A program made the position numbers and the translations under genes. DNA of 64,000 bases from an uncultured Planctomycetaceae bacterium (GTDB taxonomy: Bacteria > Planctomycetota > Planctomycetia > Pirellulales > PALSA-1355), in contig CAWAUV010000006.1 of assembly GCA_963785305.1 (NCBI GenBank), positions 64,001 through 128,000 of the forward strand. Reading direction: 5' to 3'. A model generated the notes under the pieces. That model had not been told where the DNA came from. It did no database searches and saw only the letters and a program-made list of their open reading frames with translations. Below, in pieces: positions 23,964 to 34,956 of this stretch. Each line of letters opens with the position of its first letter. Within the stretch, counting starts at the first letter, position 1.

Positions 23964-24088
23964 GGGACGCACGATTCCAAGTCGGTGGCGAAGCGGTTTC
24001 CTTGGTTAGCGAACGCGGCCGCTTTCATTGGGCCGGCCGCGACTCCGTGTATCATCGCCCAGCGCCGCCGGGTTTGCAAATCGGGCGA

Positions 24089-25618
24089 TTATTGCGTGAG
24101 AAACACGTCATGGGCCGGCGCCAGCAGCGTCGTGGGAGCGATCGTGAGATCGAGCACCGTGGCCACGGTCATCGTGCCGACGACGAACCGCGCGTTGTAG
24201 GTTCCCAAACCGGCGAGCACCATGTTGCCCCACTTGGCGTAAACCGTGCCCGATAGGTTTCCGCCGGCCAGGAGGGCTTCTTGCGCCATGACGATCGGGC
24301 GGCGGTCTTCGCGGCGCTGGAAGAAAAACAGGCCGTTGAAAGGGCTGCTCGCATCGGAGATCGGGCTGAACTGGCTGCCCAAGAGGCCGATATTGATCAC
24401 CGCGCTCGGCAGCAGCGTCGCCACTCCGGGCGACGGCGGGGTTGTGCCGCCATCGGCATTGTCGGGAGCGCCGCTGAGCGCCGAATAATTGGCGGTGTTG
24501 GTCACGTAAAACATCACCCCGTTGGCTGTCACTTGCCCGGCCAGGATCGACAGACCGAGACCCGTCTCGGGTCTGGTCGACGAGATGATATAGACGCCGG
24601 GCTTGAATGTCACGACGCTGAGCGGAGCGATTTCAATCCATTCGTACACGCCGGGCTTGAGCACCGTGGGAATGAGCGGAAGCGTGAGCACTCCGCCGTA
24701 TTGGTTGTTGGTGACGTTCGTCCCGTCGACCGCCACGGTGGGAACCGGCAGCGAGATCAGCGGATCGTCGACCGGCAGGCGACCGGCCGAGAGCGGCGAG
24801 GCTCCACCGGTGGAGAGCGGAAGGATATCGGCCGGATTTTGCACACCGCCCACGACGCGCATATTGTCGCAGTAGATATTCGTCAGACCGACCAGCGGCG
24901 TGCATGACACGGCCCAAGGCGGTGGCGAGGTCGAGCCGACGAGTTGATTGTTCTGATTCATTCCGCCCCATGTCGTGTTCACCAGCACACTGCCCTTCAC
25001 CGTGAGGTCGCCGAGCCCGAGCACCTGCATGCCGCCCAACACCGAAGGCACGGCCGGCAGCAGCGAGGTAATGGAGCTAAGCCCGGGGAGCGATAGCGAC
25101 GGCGGATCGGGATCGAGCACCACGATCGCCGCGCCGGTCGTCGCCGCCTGCGAGCCGGCCACCGAGCTCACACTGATCGTGCGCGGCGCCTGACTGCCCA
25201 GGGCTTGTAGAAAATAGGTGGCCACCGGCTGGCTGACCGTCACCTCGACGAAGCCCGATTGCCCGGCATAGGGGCCCGACGTGGGTGGGATGTTTGTCCG
25301 CGTGGTGGCGCTGGCGAGTCCATTGATCTGGGAAACGTATTGCGAGGCGACGCTCGAGGCCGCGGTTGCGGTGGCGCCCTGCTGGAGTTCCATGGCGGCG
25401 GCCGTGGCGGCGGCGTCGGCCACTTGCTGCATTACGCGATATTCGGAGAGCATCATCCCGCCGTCGTACACGAGCCCCAACATGGCCGCGAACACCGGCA
25501 AAAGCACCGCCACGAGCACCAGAATCTTGCCGCTCCGCCGGCTCTTGTCCGCGCGGCGGCGCGGCGGCCGCGCGCCGGTCGCCGCGGTCCCACGAAGCAT
25601 CGACCTCAAGAATCTCAT
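24089..25618 (-). CDS. TadG-like Flp pilus assembly protein
   Basis: GKILVLVAVLL...GLVYDGG...QQVADAAATAAA N-terminal Tad motif. Confidence 0.8.
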   Translation of the reverse strand: MRFLRSMLRGTAATGARPPRRRADKSRRSGKILVLVAVLLPVFAAMLGLVYDGGMMLSEYRVMQQVADAAATAAAMELQQGATATAASSVASQYVSQINGLASATTRTNIPPTSGPYAGQSGFVEVTVSQPVATYFLQALGSQAPRTISVSSVAGSQAATTGAAIVVLDPDPPSLSLPGLSSITSLLPAVPSVLGGMQVLGLGDLTVKGSVLVNTTWGGMNQNNQLVGSTSPPPWAVSCTPLVGLTNIYCDNMRVVGGVQNPADILPLSTGGASPLSAGRLPVDDPLISLPVPTVAVDGTNVTNNQYGGVLTLPLIPTVLKPGVYEWIEIAPLSVVTFKPGVYIISSTRPETGLGLSILAGQVTANGVMFYVTNTANYSALSGAPDNADGGTTPPSPGVATLLPSAVINIGLLGSQFSPISDASSPFNGLFFFQRREDRRPIVMAQEALLAGGNLSGTVYAKWGNMVLAGLGTYNARFVVGTMTVATVLDLTIAPTTLLAPAHDVFLTQ

Positions 25619-25698
25619 CGGACACACCCTTTCGTCACGAATTCCCCGCAAGAAGTTTCGCCACCGACGTTTCCGGTTCAAATCGCGAGCGATGGCGA

Positions 25699-26193
25699 TC
25701 AGTGTTGAATCAACATCACCGAGCGCGCCGTGAGTGTGCAACTCGCCCCATAGACCTGAATGGGCGTGAGCGCCGCGTGCGTGTAACTGAGCGTGACCTC
25801 GACCCGGTGGCCGAGCGCGTTGTCGCCATCGGGCCAGGTGATCGAGAGCCGCACCTCGCCGGGCGGCATCATCGCCAGAACCGGCGTAATCACGGCGGCA
25901 TACGACGATCCATCGCCGGCCGTGGTGGCAATCGCGGTTGGTCCCCAGGCCGTCGCTTGCGGCGGGGCCAGGGCGCCATGCGTGGCCGCGGCGCGGGCCA
26001 ACCGCCGCGCGGCCTCCGAGAGCAAATCGTCTTCGAACTCCACGAGCGAGAGATCGAACATGCCGAAAATCAACATCAGGCTCGCGCCGAGCACGAGCGT
26101 CGATTCAAGCAGCGTGGCCCCGCGACGGCGGTCGCGGCGGATTCGTCGATGGCGGGCATTCATGCGGTCGGCCTCCACGGAGCGCGGAATCAT
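25699..26193 (-). CDS. TadE-like pseudopilin
   Basis: RRGATLLESTLVL...AARRLAR. Confidence 0.85.
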   Translation of the reverse strand: MIPRSVEADRMNARHRRIRRDRRRGATLLESTLVLGASLMLIFGMFDLSLVEFEDDLLSEAARRLARAAATHGALAPPQATAWGPTAIATTAGDGSSYAAVITPVLAMMPPGEVRLSITWPDGDNALGHRVEVTLSYTHAALTPIQVYGASCTLTARSVMLIQH

Positions 26194-26196
26194 TTT

Positions 26197-26673
26197 TCAG
26201 CGAAATTGACGCATCGTAAGCGACTGCTTCATGGCGATCGCGCCCGGCATCAGCGGCCAGCTCATGATCGGCGTGAAGGGATACACGACCGCGACGGTCA
26301 CTTGTTGCAAACCGTAGCTGGCCGTCGTGGTCGTGACGGTGATCGAGAGCGATCCGCTCGCGAAATTCGGAGTGGCGGCCATTTCCTGGGTCACCGCGCT
26401 TTCGATCGCGGCCTGCCAGCTCGCTTGGTTGTAGGTCGACATGGTTTGGGTCGCGCCAAACTCGGCGCCGACCCGGGCCGCGTTCGACATCGCGATATAC
26501 GTGGCGGCGAAGCGTCCGCAATCGACGCTCACCACGCACAGCAGGATCAAGAGCGGCGCCAAGATCGCGAACTCGGTGGCGGCCACGGCCCGTCGGCGAC
26601 TTCGAAAGCGCCGGTTGCTTCGCACCGTCTTACGTCGAAGGGCAACATGCGTTGATTGGCTCATCGTGGGCAT
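26197..26673 (-). CDS. TadE-like pseudopilin
   Basis: RRAVAATEFAILAPLL...DCGR...NAARVGA. Confidence 0.85.
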   Translation of the reverse strand: MPTMSQSTHVALRRKTVRSNRRFRSRRRAVAATEFAILAPLLILLCVVSVDCGRFAATYIAMSNAARVGAEFGATQTMSTYNQASWQAAIESAVTQEMAATPNFASGSLSITVTTTTASYGLQQVTVAVVYPFTPIMSWPLMPGAIAMKQSLTMRQFR

Positions 26674-26676
26674 CCT

Positions 26677-27678
26677 TTAGCGATATCGCATCGTGACCGG
26701 CTTCGCGGGGGCGGGCGTAAAGCCTTTTCTCAATTGAATCGCGGCCGGCCCCACCAGCACCACGAAGATCGCGGGAAAGATGAAAAACAGGGTCGGCAAC
26801 AAAACTTTGACCGCCGCCTTGTGGGCCCGTTCCTCGGCGCGATGTTCGCGGCTGGACCGGAGCATGTCGGAAAGCTCGCGGAGCGCGTCGCTCATCGAAG
26901 CGCCATAGCGCTGCGACTGCTGGACAAAGGCCGCCAGCGAGCGAATTTCTTCCATGTCGGTCCGCTCGGCAAAATGCAGAAATGCCTCGTCGACGGCCGA
27001 GCCGACATCGATCTCGCTTCGCACGATGCGCAGTTCCTGACACAAGAGCGGGTGCGTCGTCGCGAGCTCATCGGTCACCCGCTGCAGCGCCGCTTCGATC
27101 GCGATCCCACCGTCGAGGCAAGCGGTCGTGAGGTCGAGCAGGTCGGGAAGCGAGCGCCGCAAGATCATGTGGCGGCGGCGCATCCGGTCGGCGAGCCACA
27201 TGCCCGGCGCCAGCAGACCCAGACAAGCCACGATGCCGGCCACGAGCAGTCCACGATAAAAACTCCAAGCGCCGAGCACCGCGCCAAAGAGCGCGGTCCC
27301 CGGCGCCAAGGTCATGGCCAGGAACTTCACCGCGCACACGTTCGCCAGGCCCGACGAGCCGTAGTAGCCGGCGCGCAGCAATCGTGTTTGCAGCCGGGTG
27401 CGCGCGGCGGCGTCGGTTAGGAGCAGTTCCGTGAGTTGGGTCCAGGGGTTCGCGACGAGCCACCGCGACATGCCGTCGGCGAAAAGTTTCGTCCAGGGTT
27501 CGGACCGTCCCTTGGAGTCGCTCGCGGGGAAAAGCTCGTGGAAGCGGAGCACCGTTTTCCGCTCGGGCCGGTTGAAATAATGCAGCACGATCGCGGAGCA
27601 AATCGTGACGCCCACGAAGAGCGACAACTCGAGCGCGGTAGGCCAGCGAAAAAACGTCGCCGCGAAAATGACGTACAT
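26677..27678 (-). CDS. tadC: TadC (T2SS F family)
   Basis: LPDLLDLTTACLDGG, AEERAHKAAVKVLLPTLFFIFPA. Confidence 0.85.
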   Translation of the reverse strand: MYVIFAATFFRWPTALELSLFVGVTICSAIVLHYFNRPERKTVLRFHELFPASDSKGRSEPWTKLFADGMSRWLVANPWTQLTELLLTDAAARTRLQTRLLRAGYYGSSGLANVCAVKFLAMTLAPGTALFGAVLGAWSFYRGLLVAGIVACLGLLAPGMWLADRMRRRHMILRRSLPDLLDLTTACLDGGIAIEAALQRVTDELATTHPLLCQELRIVRSEIDVGSAVDEAFLHFAERTDMEEIRSLAAFVQQSQRYGASMSDALRELSDMLRSSREHRAEERAHKAAVKVLLPTLFFIFPAIFVVLVGPAAIQLRKGFTPAPAKPVTMRYR

Positions 27679-27704
27679 GGCGATACTTCTCCGTGGAGGG
27701 TTGC

Positions 27705-28662
27705 TTAATATTCGAAATTCACGATCTTCCAAATCGCCGCCGCGCCCACGGCTTGGGCGCCGGCCGCGACATGGAGCAGCCAGGCGTTGTCGAGCAGCGT
27801 GCGCGCGTGGCTGGGGTTCACGAACCAAATCGCGATAAACGCCAGCGGCGGGAGCGCCATGAGCACCGTGGCCTGCATTCGGCCCTCGCCGGTGAGGCGC
27901 CGCCACTCGCTCGCGCAAACTGAGTCGCTTGCGAATCATGCCGGCGAGTTTGGAGAGCAGATCGGCCAGATTTCCGCCCGAACGTCGCTGCACGATCAGC
28001 GCCACGACGAAGATGCGAAGCTCCATCACATCGATCCGCCGCGCCAAGCTTCGCAAGGTGTCGTCCACCGGAATGCCGAGGTTTTGCTGTTCATAAGCGC
28101 GGGCAAATTCGTCGGCCAGCGGTGCGCGGAAGCTTTGCGAGACCACTTGAAACGAACTGGTGAGCGACTGCCCGGCCCGGAGCGCGCGGGCCATGAAGTC
28201 AAACGCTTCGGGCAATTGGCGCCGAAAGACTTGCAGACGTTTGCGTCGGGCCGTCGCCGCCCAAATCCAAGGCGCCGTGGCGGCAATCGTGGCTCCGCCG
28301 AGCGCCAAGAACCAACCGCGCCCCGCGAGCAGAACCAGCCCCGCGGCGGTTCCGGCCAGCACCGCCGAAGCCGAGGCAAACGCGCCGACCGAAGCGCCGA
28401 TTCCCGCCTGTTCGAGAAACACCTGGATTCCTTGCGCGAATTGCACAAGCCGTGGAGATTGCGCCGCCGTCGACAGACGCAGATCGCGAAACAGCGGTGA
28501 AACCGTTTCCCGCCGTCGCGAACGCTCGCCAAGCTCATCGCGGATCCGTTGGTCGACGATCGTCCGGTCTCGTGTCCAGAGATCGAGGAACAACGTGACC
28601 AAGGCCACGGAAAACAGCGCCGCGGCGGTGATCGTGGCGGCGAGGATACTGGAGTGTTCCAT
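27705..28662 (-). CDS. tadB: TadB (T2SS F family), frameshift near 27900
   Basis: QLPEAFDFMARALRAGQS, SGGNLADLL; shifted frame ends IWKIVNFEY-stop. Confidence 0.82.
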
Positions 28663-28692
28663 CGGTTGGCGCCTTTGGAAAGGGGCGGTCGA

Positions 28693-30059
28693 TTAGTGCG
28701 TTGATTGCGGTTGAAGCCCGCGCGACGCCGAACCACGCGACGCGGCGGCGAATTCGAGCCCGCGCGGCGAGTGGGCTTCGCGGGCGCGAATGCGACCCAT
28801 GCAGCGCGGTTCGGCGTCGGCGGCCAGGAAATCGCCCACGGCGAAGCCGCGCTCGTCGACGCCCGTTTGACGGAATCGATACAAGTCATTGAGCGCCACG
28901 CCATCGGCCGACACACCCTCGACTTCGGCGATGCCGGTGATCTTGCGCGCTCCGCCCTGCAGCCGGGCAGTCTGCACCACGATTTGAACGGCCGAGGCGA
29001 TCTGTTTGTGCATGATCGCCAGCGGCAGGTCGAAGCCGGCCATGCCGACCAGCAATTCGAGCCGGCCGATCGCGTCGCGGGGACTGTTCGCGTGGATCGT
29101 GGTCAGGCTCCCGTCGTGGCCGGTGTTCATGGCTTGCAGCATGTCGAACGCCTCGCCGCCGCGGCATTCGCCGATGATGATCCGATCGGGCCGCATCCGA
29201 AGCGCGTTGCGCACCAAGTCTCGCATCGTCACCATGCCGACCCCCTCCAGATTCGCGGGGCGTGTTTCCATGCGGGCCACATGCGGCTGTTCGAGCCGCA
29301 ATTCCGCGGCGTCTTCGATCGTGACCACGCGTTCGTCGACCGCGATGAAGCTGGAGAGCAGGTTGAGCAGCGTGGTTTTGCCGCTGCCGGTGCCGCCGGA
29401 AATCAAGACATTGAACCGCGCTCGCACGGCGGCCGTGAGAAAATTCAGCATCTCGGCGGTCGCCGCGCCCGAGTCGATCAATTGCTTGGTGCTGAGCGGC
29501 CGGGCGGCGAAGCGGCGAATCGAAACGAGGGCTCCGTCGAGCGCCAACGGGCGAATCACGGCGTTCACCCGGCTGCCGTCTTGCAGGCGGGCATCGACCA
29601 TCGGGCTTGATTCGTCGACTCGGCGTCCGACCCGCGAGGCGATCTTTTGCACCACCGCGACAAGATGATCCTCGTCGTCGAACGCGATCTCCGTGGGCTC
29701 CAACCGGCCACGACGCTCGACGAATACTTTTCGCGGGCCATTGATCAAAATATCGGAAACGGTCGGATCGCGCAGCAGCGGCTCGAGCGGGCCGAGACCA
29801 AGCGTTTCGTCGATTAGTTCGGCGATCAATCTGCGCGGTCATGGTGCGAGACCGCTTCGAGTTGATTGCGGCAGAGCTCCTCGGCGCCGCCGCGAAGCTC
29901 GCGCCGCAGCGCTTCCGGATCGAGCGATCGCCAGGCATTGAGATCGATGCTTTGAATGAGCCGGGCATGCAGTTCCTTGCGGAGCTGCGCGAGCCGCTGG
30001 TCGGGCTCGCCAGGCGGAGCGTTCTTCGCGATCGGCGTCGGAGTTTCGGATCCGAACAT
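28693..30059 (-). CDS. cpaF: CpaF/TadA pilus ATPase (frameshift near 29840)
   Basis: [35 protein letters not shown]. Confidence 0.93.
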
Positions 30060-30089
30060 GGCGATGACTTTCGCGCGGGTAAAATCTCG

Positions 30090-31193
30090 CTATCGCGCTA
30101 GCAGGCTCAGCGCGAGCGATTGAATAGTTTTCGACACATTCGACGAGCGAGCGTCGAGCACGACCGGTCGTGCCAAGTTGTTGGCGGCCGTGACGCATTT
30201 CGGGTTGTCCGGAATCACATGCGCGATCGGGCGGCCGAGCGCTTCGCCGGCTTTGCTCGGCGCCACTTCGCCCGTCACGCCGGCTCGGTTGGCCACCACT
30301 TCGATCTTGCCAAGCTCCACGCCCTCGCGCTCCAGATACATCAGACTCTTGCGCATGCGCACCAGCGACACGAAATCGAGTCGCGTGAGCATCACCAGCG
30401 TGTCGCAAGTCATGATCACGCGCATCTGCTCGCGATGAAAAATGTCTTCCAAGTCCACCACCGCGGCGGTGAAGATTTCGGTCGCCAGTTCGAGCACTCT
30501 GCCAATCGATTCGGGCCCGATGACGCCGACATGTTCCAAGAGCGGCGGACTGGCCAAGAGGCGGATGCCGCTCGAATGGGCTTAAAACGAGGTTTCGAGA
30601 TGCACGCGATCGAGTTGCGGCTGCTTGCAGAGCTCGCCGACATGAGTCGTGGGGCGAAGTCCGAGCAGCGTGGCGAGATCGCCGCCGCGGAGTTTCAGGT
30701 CCAAAAGGCCGCAGCGGCCGCGATCGCGGGCAAACTCGGCGGCGAGGTTGACCGCCACGGTGCTGCATCCCGAGCCGCCCGAGGCCGACGCGATCGCCAC
30801 CAGCGTCCCGCGCCCGCAGCGCGCCGCTTGACTGGCCCGCATTCGTCCGAGTAGGGCCACGAGTGATTCTTCCAATGTGGCGTCGTCGAGATAATCGCAG
30901 GCGCCGGAGCGAATCATCGCCAGAATGTGTTCTGGTCCGCGACCCGAACCCACGGCCACCACGGCGGCCTGGGTCACTTCGCCCAGTTGATGCACGGTGT
31001 TGCGAGCCTCGTCCACATCGGGGCCTTCGGCGACAAACACCAGGTCGGGCGGCGGATCGAGCCGCGTGATCACGGCTCGGGCGGCGTCGTGCGTGGCGAC
31101 GATCGGTTTTTTGAATCCTTGGCCGTGGCGCTTCAGCAGCATGTTGAGCTGCGAGGCAACCCGCGCGTGGCCATGAATGATGACCGTTTGCAT
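30090..31193 (-). CDS. cpaE: CpaE/TadZ-like receiver-ATPase (frameshift near 30585)
   Basis: Receiver-like N-terminus; SASGGSGCSTVAVNLA deviant Walker A; upstream of cpaF. Confidence 0.8.
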
Positions 31194-31592
31194 AACGATT
31201 GTTTGGGGGTTTGGTCGGTCGGGCGTCTGGTGGTCGCACGACGCGAATGCCGCGAATTTTTGCAATGCCGGAGATCGAGAGATGCAAGGACACACCGCCC
31301 GACTGGCTAGTGTGACTATACCGTAAGAGGGGTGTCGTGCCGCGGGTCGCGAAACTTTCTCGCGTGCATTACCGCAATCCCCGGCGATGCGCGGTGTTGC
31401 ATGCGGCAAAATCAGAACGATCCCCCCAGGCCCATCCTGGAAAAAAATCGACTTTCGCCGGCTCGCGGCTCGACAGCTCGGCGGGACCGCGGATAATGCG
31501 GTCCGGAATCATGTGGACGGGGATCCCGCGGACTGCGCGGACATTGACGGGGTCGCCGAGCGCGGCGCGCAGGGCGCCGGGGGGAATAGACG

Positions 31593-32057
31593 ATGGGTAA
31601 GAATCCGATCGCGGTCGGCGATGCGGCGCCCGATTTCACATGGACCTTGGCCGACGGGACGACTCGCTCGCTGGCCGACTTTCGCGGCCATTCGGCCGTG
31701 GTGCTGTTCTTTTATCCCAAGGATCACACCTCGGTTTGCACCGCCGAAGCTTGCTCGTTTCGCGACAACTTCGCCGCGGTTCGAGCCGCCGGCGCCGAGA
31801 TTCTGGGCATCAGCGGCGATTCAGCGGCCAGCCACGACCGTTTTCGCGAGGAACACGGGCTGCCGTTTCCGCTCGTCAGCGACGGCGACCGCGCGATTCG
31901 ACGCAGCTATGGGGTCGGCCTGTTCGGTGGCCTGATTCCAGGGCGAACCACCTTCGTCATCGATCGGCAGGGCATCGTGCGGCATGCGCATTCGGGCCTT
32001 TTCCAGTCCGATCGCCATGTGCAAGAAGCGATCGCGGCGCTCGAACGCTTGAACTGA
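31593..32057 (+). CDS. bcp: BCP-type peroxiredoxin
   Basis: FFYPKDHTSVCTAEACSFRD, GRTTFVID. Confidence 0.92.
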   Translation: MGKNPIAVGDAAPDFTWTLADGTTRSLADFRGHSAVVLFFYPKDHTSVCTAEACSFRDNFAAVRAAGAEILGISGDSAASHDRFREEHGLPFPLVSDGDRAIRRSYGVGLFGGLIPGRTTFVIDRQGIVRHAHSGLFQSDRHVQEAIAALERLN

Positions 32058-32129
32058 GCGCGCTTGCACGGCCGCTCGATCGTGTTCGCCCATCGGCGGA
32101 CGCTGGCCACGCGGGGCGAGACGACTGTT

Positions 32130-32471
32130 TCACGGATTGCCCGCCGGTGGCGCGGCGGGGGGCGTGGCCGGCGGCGGGGTGACGGGCGGCTGCGATGTGG
32201 TCGACGATTCGAAGTCGCGTTTCACGTCCTGGGCGGCTTCCTTGGTTTTTTGCACGGCCTCTTCCGTCTTCTCCTCGACAAGCGCGCCGGCGGCCTTGGC
32301 GGCCTCGGCCGACTTTTCACCCGCTTCGCGCAGGCTTTCGCCAGCCTCGCTCATTTTATCATGCGCCTCTTTGGCCTGCGGCGAGGCGTCGGGCGGCGGC
32401 GGTTGGCAACCGACGAGGCTCAGGCCGAGAAGAATCATTCCGGTGGTGGTCGCGAGTTCACGTGGTTTCAT
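32130..32471 (-). CDS. Small helical lipoprotein, hypothetical
   Basis: Lipobox LVGC followed by an Ala/Glu/Lys-rich helix. Confidence 0.65.
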   Translation of the reverse strand: MKPRELATTTGMILLGLSLVGCQPPPPDASPQAKEAHDKMSEAGESLREAGEKSAEAAKAAGALVEEKTEEAVQKTKEAAQDVKRDFESSTTSQPPVTPPPATPPAAPPAGNP

Positions 32472-32738
32472 TGGAATCATCCTCATAAAGCGAGGGCCTT
32501 TGCATCGCATGCTTGGATCGCACGCGTGCTCGGGAATCGTGGGCATGAGCCAAGTATTTTAACCGAAGGATCCAGGCTCGGTCCAGATAGCGGACAAGTC
32601 GGCCGCCCTTGCCTTGGCGGGGCGGGCGCGTTAGTTTAGCGGGGCGCGCGGTTACGCGCCCTCGGCTCGGCCCTAGTGTCGCGGCGCATTGCGCGGGCGG
32701 CAGAGCAAATAACGCATTTTTGACGAGTTGGATTCCCC

Positions 32739-32909
32739 ATGAGCAAGAAGACCATCGCCGCCAATTTGGCACAACAGAAGTCGATGTTGGCCCAGAAATA
32801 TCATCGCATGGCCGCCAACTCGAACAGTCGGCCCGCCGCCGTCCGATTCTTGCGCCAAGCCGCCCGCTACGAGCGCCAGGCGCACACGGCGCTGTTGCAG
32901 TCGAAGTAA
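32739..32909 (+). CDS. 56-aa basic helical protein (absent from the ORF track)
   Basis: ATG-TAA ORF MSKKTIAANLAQQKSMLAQKYHRMAANSNSRPAAVRFLRQAARYERQAHTALLQSK; GC-rich third codon positions. Confidence 0.6.
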   Translation: MSKKTIAANLAQQKSMLAQKYHRMAANSNSRPAAVRFLRQAARYERQAHTALLQSK

Positions 32910-33125
32910 AGACGCAAAACGTCGTTGCGTGGCGGGCTCTTTTTGGTTCGCGCCCCGGGCGGCGATCAAGCGCCCGCGATTGTCGCGCTGGACATTCGCG
33001 CCGCATGCCCCGTTGGCGCGGCGAACGCGCACCCGCGCGATTCCTGGCGGATAAGCTGCTTTTTCTCGCCGATTTTCGGGTAGTGTCTTAAATCTGTGTG
33101 CAGCCACGAAATCCGACCGGCGGAC

Positions 33126-34763
33126 CTAATCCAGCAGCCGTTTTTGCTTGTCGGGCGCCTTCTCTCGCTTCGCTTTCTTGAAATTCTTGTTCGGCTCGAA
33201 ATCCGGATGTTCCGCCCGTTGAGTCTTGGCAAGCAGCCCCTCGATCGTCAGGAATTGAATTCTGGGATATTTCGTCTTTCCGTCCGCCCCACCCTCATAG
33301 AAGCCGCAAGAAGCGCCATCGGCTCGCATTTTGGCCGTGGGCTTTTCGAGTGAAATCAGGATTGCGATTTCTGCACCCTCCCGCTCACGAACGTGGCCAA
33401 GGGCGCGAACGTCGTCAGCCTTGAGCGCGCCTCCCTTGACGCTGATTACGATCTTCTTGACGTCGCCTTCGATGTCATTGAAGAACTTGATGCCGTCGAT
33501 CCCGCCATCCGCCCCTTTTTTCTTGCCCTGATAGGGCTGCGCGTCGATCAAGGATACTGCCCACCACTGAAATTGATATTTCCCGTCGTGTCCGCGAGAA
33601 AACAGGTCACGGGCGGACTCAACGTCGTTAGGCGTGCCCTTGACTTCAAACTTGCACGTCTCGCCGAATGCGCTCTTCAATCGTTTTTCTATGAGGGAAA
33701 TCGCAAGGTGCGTAATGTCAATGCCAATCCATTGCCTGCCGAGTTTCTGCGCCGCATGGACGGCAGTACCGCAACCGCAGAATGGGTCAAGAATGATGTC
33801 GCCTTCGTTGCTGCTGGCCGTGAGTATTCGCTCTAAGAGCGCCAGCGGCTTTTGCGTCGGATAGCCAAGCCGCTCGGCCGCTGACGCTTGAAGTGGCGGA
33901 ATGTCGATCCATACGTCGCCGACCTTCGGACCAAGCTGTTCGTGTAGATAATGCTTCTTCGCGATCCGACCGCCTGCGGTTTTAGGAAAGGCAAGTCTAT
34001 CCTCTGCATCCAATCGTTCCATCACCTTGCGGCTAACGCGCCAGCCGTTTGCCGGCGGCGAGAATCCCTTGTAGTCGTAAGTCATATTGATCCGCTTATG
34101 CGGACTGTCTAGCGGCGCCAGTCGATATGGTCCTTTCCCATCGTTGTCATTCAGTTTGAAACGCCCAAGATATGCGTCGTTTGGGGCAGTGTAGACCGAC
34201 TTGAATATCGGCGTGTCGCCCTTGGCGAACACGAGAATGACGTCGTGGTTCGAGCCGAACTTCTTGCGAACGTCGCCCTTTGCCGCAGTTCGCATCCAAA
34301 TTATTTCGTTGCGATATTTCTGCGGACCAAAGACGGCGTCCAATACGAGTTTAAGATAATGCGCTGCTGTCGGGTCGCAGTGCAAATAGAGTGATCCGGT
34401 GGGCTTTAGAACTCGATGCATTTCGAGCAAGCGATTGGCCATCATCGTCAGATAGGCCATCAAATCGTTCTCGCCAAGGAATGACCGGAGCGCCTTCATT
34501 AGCTCGGCGACATCGGTATTCGGCTGGTGTAGCAATTCGGAGAATTCTCGCTCGGCTTGGCTGTCGTGCTCCGTGGCCCAGTGCCAAGTATCCTCGAATG
34601 CCGTAATCGAAGCGTCACTAACGTGCCCCTTCGGCGACTTGAATAGCAGGTTATAATCGCGCTTCGAGTTGAACGGCGGGTCCAAGTAGATCAGGTCGGC
34701 CGACTCGTCTTTGATCGACTCGCGCAAGACGCCCAGGTTGTCGCCGTAGTAGAGGGTGTTCAT
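33126..34763 (-). CDS. Beta-class N6/N4 DNA methyltransferase with a C-terminal restriction-endonuclease-like domain
   Basis: YLDPPF, YPTQKP, DPFCGCGT; C-terminal ADGGIDG...ISVKGG. Confidence 0.92.
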   Translation of the reverse strand: MNTLYYGDNLGVLRESIKDESADLIYLDPPFNSKRDYNLLFKSPKGHVSDASITAFEDTWHWATEHDSQAEREFSELLHQPNTDVAELMKALRSFLGENDLMAYLTMMANRLLEMHRVLKPTGSLYLHCDPTAAHYLKLVLDAVFGPQKYRNEIIWMRTAAKGDVRKKFGSNHDVILVFAKGDTPIFKSVYTAPNDAYLGRFKLNDNDGKGPYRLAPLDSPHKRINMTYDYKGFSPPANGWRVSRKVMERLDAEDRLAFPKTAGGRIAKKHYLHEQLGPKVGDVWIDIPPLQASAAERLGYPTQKPLALLERILTASSNEGDIILDPFCGCGTAVHAAQKLGRQWIGIDITHLAISLIEKRLKSAFGETCKFEVKGTPNDVESARDLFSRGHDGKYQFQWWAVSLIDAQPYQGKKKGADGGIDGIKFFNDIEGDVKKIVISVKGGALKADDVRALGHVREREGAEIAILISLEKPTAKMRADGASCGFYEGGADGKTKYPRIQFLTIEGLLAKTQRAEHPDFEPNKNFKKAKREKAPDKQKRLLD

Positions 34764-34956
34764 GGGTGGCGATTGTATCCCTGCCAAGTCCGCATTGCCA
34801 TTCGACATAGGCCCATATAAAATGGGCAGCACGGGAAAGCAGGTTTGGACCCCGCTCCGTCGGGCTGTGGACGCCAAACGACACCTGCGTAGTTCTTACG
34901 TTCTCAGGCTGGCTACGCCAATGCTCCCGCTACTGCCACAGAAAACGGCCAGGGTG

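Noticed and set aside
26677..28662. 661-aa TadB-TadC fusion shown in the ORF track
   Set aside because: Produced by a frameshift near 27900; the proper TadB end (IWKIVNFEY-stop) exists in another frame and TadC has its own start.
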